A stretch of 64,000 bases of DNA from an uncultured Ignavibacteria bacterium (GTDB taxonomy: Bacteria > Zixibacteria > MSB-5A5 > CAIYYT01): the NCBI GenBank assembly GCA_964592145.1, contig CAZQBX010000013.1:3199-67198 (forward strand), read 5' to 3'. Shown here piece by piece: positions 57,159 through 64,000 of the stretch; the stretch's first letter is position 1, and each line of letters opens with the position of its first letter. Under the pieces are notes generated by a model that saw only the letters and a program-made list of their open reading frames with translations, was not told the origin of the DNA and searched no databases. Made by a program: the position numbers and the translations under genes.

Positions 57159-58358
57159 CTAGGGCCCGACCTGGGTGCTGTCTCCTACCCAACCGCACGA
57201 GATCGTATCAGTCATTCGCGTAACGAAAAGCGGCTCGGCAATTGGCAGCGGAACGCGAATCGCCACTGTCGGCTGCAGTAAGGCTCCATTGCCGACCTCC
57301 GGGCACGTATCCCCCGGCGTCATCACAGTATACTGAACAACCGTCCCGGCGCCACCCTGCTCGAACTTGTCGAGCCAGATTCCTCCGCCCCAGGCAGTCT
57401 GAACATCAGCACGCAGTATCAATACGGCGTGAGTGGTGAAGTCGACCATATTATCAAATGTCGGAATCGGGCGGTCGCCGACTACCGTCGAATCAGCACC
57501 CCAGAGCGTGTCGACCGGCGTACCCCAACGACTGATATCACATTCCCAGGCAGCCTCAACCCAGGCAGTAAACTCGTCAGACGTCCGGATCAACTGCTCT
57601 GTCTCCCCCAGAGCCGGACAAATGGCATCAGTATAGTAGATTGTCAGCGGCAACGACGGATCGGGAGCCCAGGTACATCTGTAGGTAACGTCACTGCGAT
57701 TCCAGGCAAATGTCATCTGCTCGGGACGCGGTACAATGAACGCAGCTACCGGGTTGGTGAAGATGTTTGGATCGATCAGCGGACCGAAGCAATCATCGGC
57801 CGGAGAAGACACTTCATAATTCACCTCAAGACCATCCTCCCCCTCCTGAATACTCCTTATCCAAATATACCTGCCGGAAAGTCCTTGCTCGAGCTTGAAG
57901 ATCAGGACGATGTGCGTTCCAAAATCGACGATTGGCGCTTCGCCCGGCCACAAGCTGTCCGGGCCTACCGTCCCCGAGTCGGAAACAGTCGAGTCCGGTA
58001 TCGGAATGAAATTTCGCTTGAAACTGCCGTCGGCGCAATCAACAGCCTCCGCCCACCATTCTTCCCAATTGGTCTGGTCGACTATAACTTCGAACTGCTG
58101 CTGCTGCGGACAACCGTTATCAGTGAAGAATACTGGAAAGTACTGAATACCGGTGTCGAATCCCGGAAGACCCGGCAACGTGTCGTTAGGTCCGGAAATT
58201 CCCGGGCCGCCGATGAATGGGTCGTTATCACTCTCGCGACCGCCGCCGGCAAGACGCGTCGATTCAGAGTTATCCGGCTCGATCGGCTTATCACTTCCAC
58301 AGCCGGCAAGCAGACCAAATGCGACAACCAGACAAAGCAAAGTGACGATTCTGGCCAT
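57159..58358 (-). CDS. Lipoprotein with two tandem PrcB-like domains
   Basis: Lipobox LAG-C; two repeats of P.VDF.TH.VL.......G...I....E.G....V.Y.V..P.D.C. Start ATG 58358. Confidence 0.7.
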   Translation of the reverse strand: MARIVTLLCLVVAFGLLAGCGSDKPIEPDNSESTRLAGGGRESDNDPFIGGPGISGPNDTLPGLPGFDTGIQYFPVFFTDNGCPQQQQFEVIVDQTNWEEWWAEAVDCADGSFKRNFIPIPDSTVSDSGTVGPDSLWPGEAPIVDFGTHIVLIFKLEQGLSGRYIWIRSIQEGEDGLEVNYEVSSPADDCFGPLIDPNIFTNPVAAFIVPRPEQMTFAWNRSDVTYRCTWAPDPSLPLTIYYTDAICPALGETEQLIRTSDEFTAWVEAAWECDISRWGTPVDTLWGADSTVVGDRPIPTFDNMVDFTTHAVLILRADVQTAWGGGIWLDKFEQGGAGTVVQYTVMTPGDTCPEVGNGALLQPTVAIRVPLPIAEPLFVTRMTDTISCGWVGDSTQVGP

Positions 58359-58458
58359 ATATTGTGACCTCCGAGAATATTCTTGCTCGTTCTGAAGACG
58401 ATTTATGAACAATTTCTGTGCAGAATTATCGGGAAGTTGCGCATACTCCGAAGAAAAA

Positions 58459-58532
<74 letters not shown>

Positions 58533-59351
58533 ATTAGCAACCCCAAGAAATTCCTCCAGCACGTGATTGTCAAGGGATTTCTTGACGGTGTTATCGCACT
58601 GACGCGTTTCTCTCTGGCACCTGTTACTATTCGATCAGGTTGAAAGCAATTCTTCGTTCTACTCCGTACCGCTGTACTTCAACTATCCTCGTGCTGCGAA
58701 CGAAGTGGTCTCAGTGCACTTCCAGCTGAGTCATCGGGACGCTTCGCGATGGGCGGGCGAGTCGATGCGCGCCGTCGCAGAACTGTTTTTTCTGCCGATT
58801 CAAATTGTTGTCAAGCGTTCACATTCAAAAAACATAATTTTTTTTTGGGCGACGAAGATGCGGATGCCCGGTGAGATTTTCGCTCCGCGCGATTGCCGCA
58901 TTCATCGCACACACTCTCCACGTTTCGACGCCGTCCGCAAATTTACAGCACAAAATCACTGAAGTTGATTAAGATGATTTCAAAAATTCCGATTAAGAAA
59001 TGGAGAGGACGATTTCTGGAATGAACAATTCGATGTCGAGACAGATGATTTTCGCGGAAGAACAAAAAGTTTTTGTTGATTTAGTTTGCTCCGACATTCA
59101 CTCTTACATGCAATTGATTTAAAAACCGGCAGAGATGCTGAAGACACGAGTTCAAAAATGAGCAACAGAGAAAATTCACAGGTCAACATGACAGCAGATG
59201 CTCGCACCGAGATCGTCTCTTCAGCATTGGCACGGAACTCCGCGGCTAATGTTGACTCCTTGCAATCAGAAATGGGTAGATCATTTGATCGTCCCGGTTT
59301 GCAGATATTTCCGAATGATCAGCCATTCAATAACTGTGAGAGGAGATCGTA

Positions 59352-59681
59352 GTGGCAGCTAAGAAAGCTACGGCGAAGAAGAAGGCTACTAAGAAAGCAA
59401 CTAAGAAAGCAACGAATAAAAAGTCAACAAAGAAGGGTGCGAACGAGTGGTCGGCTGTCAGTGTCGCTTATCTGAAGGCGAACTACAAATCGAAAACCGC
59501 ACGCGAGATCGCCAAGCGATTGGGCAGATCGATCGACGCCGTTCGTGCTAAAGCCGCAACCTTAAACCTAAAGAAGGGTCCCGTGAAGAAAAAAGCAGCA
59601 GCTAAGAAGAGCACGGCCAAGAAGTCGCCAGCTAAGAAGACGACTGCCAAGAAGGGTACCAAGAAAGCCGGCAAGAAGTAA
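59352..59681 (+). CDS. Histone-H1-like Lys/Ala-rich protein with a central HTH/Myb-like domain
   Basis: AGGAG SD plus GTG; AKK/TKK repeats at both ends flank EWSAVSVAYLKANY...AREIAKRLGRSIDAVRAKA. Confidence 0.85.
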   Translation: MAAKKATAKKKATKKATKKATNKKSTKKGANEWSAVSVAYLKANYKSKTAREIAKRLGRSIDAVRAKAATLNLKKGPVKKKAAAKKSTAKKSPAKKTTAKKGTKKAGKK

Positions 59682-59739
59682 TCTTGCCACCCTTGTACTT
59701 CGCGCGGGCGAACAGCCTGGTAGCGGAGTAGAATTCTTG

Positions 59740-59774
59740 CAACCCGTGTCTGCAAAGACACGGGTTGATTTTTT
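59740..59774 (+). terminator. Intrinsic terminator after the histone-like gene
   Basis: CAACCCGTGTC/GACACGGGTTG stem followed by ATTTTTT. Confidence 0.85.
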
Positions 59775-59835
59775 GTGTCCAATTTGCCAACTTGATGAAG
59801 CCAGCTAGGTCGTTTCTTTAAGAGGGCAATCGAAA

Positions 59836-60978
59836 ATGGGCGTCGTAATCAATCTCAAACAGTTCCAAACCACAGTCTCAAGCGAAAGTACCTGTCTCGT
59901 TATTAATTCTCGTCAATCTAAACGTCCTTGCGGTGCGGATGAATGGGTCAAGGCGACTAAGGATGCCATCAGCCAATACTACGCCAACGAATCCATCTTT
60001 CTCACCTCAATTGGGATGAACAGCTGGGAACTGGCTGTACATCTCGTGAATATCATCGGCGGCCGGCAGATCATTGTCCTGCCCCCGGACCTTGCCGAAT
60101 ACGGATTCTCGTCAACAACTGATCTTCTGCAATGCTTCAAACTCGATAAAAATCGGACTCTTCTCATGGTTCTGGATAACTCCGGGCAGCTTCCAGTCGG
60201 AGAATGGCAGCAATCTCGCGATGAGTTCCTTCTTGGGAATGCCGGGAAAATAGTTCCCGTTTCAATTCGCCCTGCTGGTCGCCTCCAATCACTCCTTGAG
60301 AAGTCAAATGGCACAATTGATGGTTCGTTCCGTATCCCCTACCGCAAACCGATCGACCGCGTGAACTATGACTGGAATCGCGCAAAACTCAGCTCCAAGA
60401 TCGGTAGCGGTTGGGGTGGTCTGACTCACTGGACCAGATCCTCCTTTAACCCGCCTGAACCGCAAGGTCATTATGACTTCTACCGGGCAATACTGAACTC
60501 GGACAGCTATCCGTTCTCTGCTTTACATACCCTCGAACGAATCCTGCAGCAGGGCCGAATTCTCGCTTCCAGCCGATTTATTCGCGGCGGACACTTTGTC
60601 GTTTCCCTGACCGCGCAGGACCCGACTGAAGCCATCAAGCTAATGCGCTGGCGGAAACGATACGCTTACTACAGTTTCGAGCCGTACGGAATTGGCATCA
60701 GCGCCGCATTTGCCAGGCGGCTGGGGATTCGCCCCGTGTCGTACGGTTCCGTTGACGAATTCAACTCGCTCGCCGAATGCGACCGTCCATATTTTCAAAA
60801 CTCCGGTTCAGTTGTGGCTGACTGGCAACCCGAGGCCGAATGGCGACATGTCGGGGATCTGAATTTGCGGACGATTCCTCCGGAAATGATGCGGGTCTAT
60901 ACCTACCGGGAAAGTGAGATTGAAAGATTACGGGGGTTAACACCCTGCGATGTGGTTTCTCTGACTGTCGGAGACTAA
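59836..60978 (+). CDS. Hypothetical protein: DprA/SLOG-like N-domain plus AbiGi/DarT-like ADP-ribosyltransferase-fold C-domain
   Basis: N-term CLVINSRQ...FLTSIGMNSWE...GGRQIIVLP...SRDEFL resembles the DprA Rossmann fold. C-term LTHWTR, LERILQQGRILAS, VSLT, PYGIGI, RPVSY, W.PEAEWR. Confidence 0.5.
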   Translation: MGVVINLKQFQTTVSSESTCLVINSRQSKRPCGADEWVKATKDAISQYYANESIFLTSIGMNSWELAVHLVNIIGGRQIIVLPPDLAEYGFSSTTDLLQCFKLDKNRTLLMVLDNSGQLPVGEWQQSRDEFLLGNAGKIVPVSIRPAGRLQSLLEKSNGTIDGSFRIPYRKPIDRVNYDWNRAKLSSKIGSGWGGLTHWTRSSFNPPEPQGHYDFYRAILNSDSYPFSALHTLERILQQGRILASSRFIRGGHFVVSLTAQDPTEAIKLMRWRKRYAYYSFEPYGIGISAAFARRLGIRPVSYGSVDEFNSLAECDRPYFQNSGSVVADWQPEAEWRHVGDLNLRTIPPEMMRVYTYRESEIERLRGLTPCDVVSLTVGD

Positions 60979-61454
60979 CGCTTGCCGTGAATGTCAGGAC
61001 GCGCGAATTTGTCGCCGTCCTTCGGCATTAAGGGAGAACTCTGCTGGTATTCTGACTTGCCCACCTGCGAATTGTAAATGCGCATTCGAACGGTAAAATC
61101 CTGACAAGACTGGCATCGGCTGATGTTGTTGGCTTTGTCCTTGGGAACCCGCCGCGTCTTGGTGTGATTAGGAGCGAAAATCTGCTTACCAATGACCTCG
61201 TAACCCTTGGCATGATCGCGGTCGTCGTTCCACTTGACTCCCTGAACCACGCGTTGGTTGCTTTCGTCGTAGATCGTTACCCCCGGGCATTCGATGATGA
61301 CATACTCCTTTTCTTCATGGTAGTCGCGCGATGCCGAATTGAAGAAGCCATAGAAGTCGCCATACCGCTCGTTACACGGCAGACACAGGTAGACCCCTTT
61401 GTATTCGCGCATCACCTTGCCACAGATATGGCAGCGCTGGGACTTGTCGTCCAT
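60975..61454 (-). CDS. Hypothetical Cys-rich (zinc-binding) protein
   Basis: CHIC...CLPC at the N-terminus and CQSC near the C-terminus; 5 nt downstream of the small zinc-ribbon ORF. Confidence 0.65.
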   Translation of the reverse strand: MDDKSQRCHICGKVMREYKGVYLCLPCNERYGDFYGFFNSASRDYHEEKEYVIIECPGVTIYDESNQRVVQGVKWNDDRDHAKGYEVIGKQIFAPNHTKTRRVPKDKANNISRCQSCQDFTVRMRIYNSQVGKSEYQQSSPLMPKDGDKFARPDIHGKR

Positions 61455-61459
61455 ATCGG

Positions 61460-61636
61460 CTATCCTTTGCCGCCGTCGGCGACGCCATGGACTGATGAGG
61501 GCAAATTGAGGAATCGGCAGGAATCTCCGACAACCTCAATGCGACAAGCCGGACAGCGCATCGACCCGCGTGTCTTGATCAACTTCCCGCTACAGAGCGG
61601 ACAGTTCGTTCTTTTACGGCGCTTGAATGGCCTCAT
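61460..61636 (-). CDS. Small zinc-ribbon protein (58 aa, below the ORF-track cutoff)
   Basis: MRPFKRRKRTNCPLCSGKLIKTRGSMRCPACRIEVVGDSC...; GGGGAGAG SD; two CxxC pairs. Confidence 0.7.
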   Translation of the reverse strand: MRPFKRRKRTNCPLCSGKLIKTRGSMRCPACRIEVVGDSCRFLNLPSSVHGVADGGKG

Positions 61637-61704
61637 ACTCTCTCCCCGTCGGGCGGTGCGCCCGCCTCATAGTTCTCTGACTCAAGCCATCTGCCAGAAC
61701 GTGC

Positions 61705-62028
61705 TTATCCTCGGAACAACATCACACCGGCAAACAGCGCTGCTGCCACCGGCAGGATGTGCATAAAGCTTAGTGGCGACAACCAGGCCCCAACCAGGGC
61801 AACTGCCATCGATGGTATGGCCACACAGCGAACAATGTCGAACGAAAGCTTAACCAGCCGCCACAGCACGAGCACCGTTAAGGCGGCCACGGCCAGATAC
61901 ACTGCCCACGCCGTCACCGGACCGTATTGGGCAGTTAGGTAACCGTGGAATGCCACTGCCGTCTCCGACAGCCGTCCCGGTACATCTGCCGCCATTTGCG
62001 AAAATTGCGCTTTCAACCCAGCGAGCAT
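61705..62028 (-). CDS. Small hypothetical membrane protein
   Basis: 107 aa with about 3 hydrophobic segments; GGGGAG SD; 12 nt after the upstream gene. Confidence 0.7.
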   Translation of the reverse strand: MLAGLKAQFSQMAADVPGRLSETAVAFHGYLTAQYGPVTAWAVYLAVAALTVLVLWRLVKLSFDIVRCVAIPSMAVALVGAWLSPLSFMHILPVAAALFAGVMLFRG

Positions 62029-62040
62029 TCCATCTCTCCC

Positions 62041-62277
62041 CTATTCGTAGTCTGAAGAAATCGTCTCGTCCATCGGTTCGATCGTCAGCGAAGATTCCCC
62101 AACCCGCTGCAACCCGATCATGCGCCTGGTAAGAAAGTTCTGCGATGTTATCCACTTCTGCGACAAATCGAGAACCTCTTGCTGTTCGACCTCGGTAATC
62201 CAGTCAATCACGACAGAATCGTAATGCTGGTCGTCAACCGTCAGGTCGTCCATCGTCAGTGTGAACTTCACGCGCAT
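62041..62277 (-). CDS. Small acidic hypothetical protein
   Basis: AAGGAGG SD, 78-aa ORF heading the minus-strand cluster. Confidence 0.75.
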   Translation of the reverse strand: MRVKFTLTMDDLTVDDQHYDSVVIDWITEVEQQEVLDLSQKWITSQNFLTRRMIGLQRVGESSLTIEPMDETISSDYE

Positions 62278-62473
62278 CGAGCTTCCTCCTTCGGCACTTT
62301 ATCTGGCATCTCTCTGTGCAGATACATTGCCGAGCTGTTCTGAAGTTTTTGACGGAGGTTATGCCGTTGGCAGAATTGAGCTTGAGTGGCTGTTCAAAAG
62401 GAAACAGCAGCTGCGCGACTATTTTGCATGCGTGTTTTTGTGGGGAGTTCCCCATATCGTGGGGAGAAAGTCC

Positions 62474-62502
62474 TTATGTCACTTTCGGATATCGCGTATA
62501 AT
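62474..62502 (+). promoter_or_regulatory. sigma70-type promoter, near-leaderless
   Basis: TTATGT-17 nt-TATAAT, ending 8 nt before ATG 62511. Confidence 0.55.
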
Positions 62503-62510
62503 CTCTTGTT

Positions 62511-63350
62511 ATGCAGACCGAATGGCGCAATCTCTACAAGCGGTCCGATATCTTCTTCTGTCCGCATCGACTACACAAACACCGCGAGAGCGGCACGTCA
62601 GCTTGGCATATTCTCAAGAACAAAGGCTGCTTTCCGCAAGGCTGTATGTCATTTCGTTGGCGTTGCCAGAAATTCGAGAATGGCCAGAAATGCCATCGCG
62701 ACAAAAAGCACGTCGGTAAGGACTGCTTCTCTTGTCCCTTTTTCTTCGATCTGAAGGAAGCACACCAGCCGGAGTTACAGATCGATCGGAACGAGTATGA
62801 CAACTTCGTACGCGAGTTCGAGGAGTTCGAGGAGTGGGTGAATGACATCAAGGGAAAACGTATTGAAGTGCGCGGTACCGTGAAATCGATCAATCCGCTA
62901 TTAGTCAATCACGGCGAGAACGGGAATCTCCGCATCGCCGGTCGCGGCGTCCTGCTCTACTTTCGCGATGGGATCTTTGGCTACGACAAATTCCTCGACC
63001 CGTTCTACGCTCGGCTTTCCTTCGACGTTTACGAGCGTTCCGAGGTCGCGGTCGGCGATGAAATCGATATGAAGGGACAACTGGAGATTGATCGCGGCAG
63101 GTTCGTCTTCGAACGCGTCGGCTCCATTGAGAAGCTTCACGACGCCGGCCATGATCCGGTAGAAATCGGTCAATTTCGTCAAGCGAAATTCACCGGCACA
63201 TTAATCGACGGCCAGCCGGCAAAGTGCCTCCGCTGCCGGCATGGCCTATTGATTGATTCTGTTAATGGAGATGGTCGTTCACAGCCGCGCAGACTGATGT
63301 ACTGCACAAAAGGCGTAGCCGACTACCGCTACTGCCCCTACAATGTCTAG
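62511..63350 (+). CDS. Hypothetical Cys-rich protein with a central OB-fold-like region
   Basis: N-term CPH...CFPQGC...C...C...CFSC; centre KRIEVRGTVKSI...GDEIDMKGQLE; C-term CLRC...YC...YC. Confidence 0.7.
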   Translation: MQTEWRNLYKRSDIFFCPHRLHKHRESGTSAWHILKNKGCFPQGCMSFRWRCQKFENGQKCHRDKKHVGKDCFSCPFFFDLKEAHQPELQIDRNEYDNFVREFEEFEEWVNDIKGKRIEVRGTVKSINPLLVNHGENGNLRIAGRGVLLYFRDGIFGYDKFLDPFYARLSFDVYERSEVAVGDEIDMKGQLEIDRGRFVFERVGSIEKLHDAGHDPVEIGQFRQAKFTGTLIDGQPAKCLRCRHGLLIDSVNGDGRSQPRRLMYCTKGVADYRYCPYNV

Positions 63351-63359
63351 CTTCGGATT

Positions 63360-64000
63360 CTACACCAGCGGCAAATACGGCAGGGCAACCAGGGAGTGAT
63401 CCGATTGCTCACCCCTTGCTAACCGGAAATAGCCTGCCGACGCTATCATCGCCGCATTGTCGGTGCAATACTTGAATGCCGGGAACAAAACTCGGATACT
63501 TTTCTGCGCGGCTCGCTCGACAAATGCCTCTCGCAATCGCGAATTGGCGGCTACACCTCCACCGACAGCCACCAAATCGATCCCGCAGTCAAGAGCGGCA
63601 TTGAGCGACGGTGTGACCAGCATATCGATGACCCGCTCCTGAAACGATGCACAAATATCATTCAGGTACTGACTGCGAAAGTCATCGGATTTATCGCGCA
63701 AGTAGACGGCAACTGCTGTTTTCAATCCCGAGAACGAAAATTGATACTCGCCTTTCTTAAAGTGAGATCTGGGGAAACGATGAAATTCGCGGTCACCGCC
63801 TTTGGCCAGTTGGTCAATCATATATCCCCCCGGATATCCCAGCCCGAGCAACTTGGCAACCTTGTCGAATGCCTCCCCCGCGGCATCGTCGCGCGTCGAA
63901 CCAAGAATCGTGTACTGGCACCAATCTTCGACCTTCACAAGCAAGGTGTGCCCGCCTGACACGATCAGTGTAATGAACGGCGGCTTCAGCGAATTGTCCG
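63360..64000 (-). CDS. tsaD: tRNA N6-threonylcarbamoyltransferase TsaD, C-terminal part; starts beyond the right edge
   Basis: LIVSGGHT, TRDDAAGEAFDKVAKLLGLGYPGG, FSFSGLKTA, GGVAANSRLR, CTDNAAMIA. Confidence 0.97.
   Translation of the reverse strand, partial: DNSLKPPFITLIVSGGHTLLVKVEDWCQYTILGSTRDDAAGEAFDKVAKLLGLGYPGGYMIDQLAKGGDREFHRFPRSHFKKGEYQFSFSGLKTAVAVYLRDKSDDFRSQYLNDICASFQERVIDMLVTPSLNAALDCGIDLVAVGGGVAANSRLREAFVERAAQKSIRVLFPAFKYCTDNAAMIASAGYFRLARGEQSDHSLVALPYLPLV

Noticed and set aside
57429-58367. 312-aa plus-strand ORF
   Set aside because: Antisense shadow of the lipoprotein gene, which has a clear lipobox and internal repeat.
58570-58587. GTCAAG-N6-CTTGAC palindrome upstream of the tRNA
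   Set aside because: Explained by back-to-back -35-like TTGAC hexamers; there is no matching good -10 on the plus strand and no second copy to support an operator.
59086-59352. 88-aa ORF whose stop overlaps the histone-like GTG start
   Set aside because: TTG start without SD, in an AT-rich intergenic region with no recognisable motif; probably promoter or leader sequence.
59361-59681. Tandem DNA repeats / CRISPR-like periodicity (GCTAAGAAG units)
   Set aside because: These are coding repeats of the Lys/Ala tails. No repeat-spacer array or cas gene was seen anywhere in the window.
61164-61766. 200-aa plus-strand ORF and 62261-62719 / 62386-62754 ORFs
   Set aside because: They overlap better-supported genes on the opposite strand or in another frame, and lack coherent motifs.

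Overview
A gene-dense, mostly housekeeping and cell-envelope 64-kb bacterial chromosome segment. I saw no CRISPR array, IS element, prophage or rRNA, and found one tRNA-Arg(ACG). A C-terminal duplicated 'GDADxSGxxTISDAVxLINYIFAGG' dockerin-like module suggests candidate phylum Zixibacteria (inference). Recognisable genes include glgP (partial), a MoxR/ChlI-like AAA+/VWA pair, a NifS/Sec-lyase-SelD fusion, an AsnB-like amidotransferase, pdxST, hisS, gmd-rmd-UDP-sugar dehydrogenase and two DUF5916/CBM9-like proteins. Also present are an OmpR-family two-component system facing a PDZ/NEW3/ABC operon across four 10-bp-phased TTAAC boxes, corA, a long GlpX-like protein, a cNMP-binding-domain/AspA fusion, CBS+CGL, an SDR-PTPS(II)-SDR pterin operon and tsaD (partial). 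The best candidate for an undescribed system is the three-gene operon at 22714-27011: a sigma-region-2-like protein, a soluble HxxxCxxC zinc anti-sigma-like protein, and a membrane-anchored Lon-type Ser-Lys protease with an extracytoplasmic FG-GAP-like domain. It resembles a CRISPR-independent, transmembrane-sensing analogue of the CalpL/CalpT/CalpS cascade. Other strong leads are a DprA/SLOG-like plus ADP-ribosyltransferase-like fusion (59836-60978), a blue-copper protein/orphan kinase/porin operon (8417-12014), and a histone-H1-like protein with a central HTH (59352-59681). All family assignments are from visual motif recognition, not database searches.
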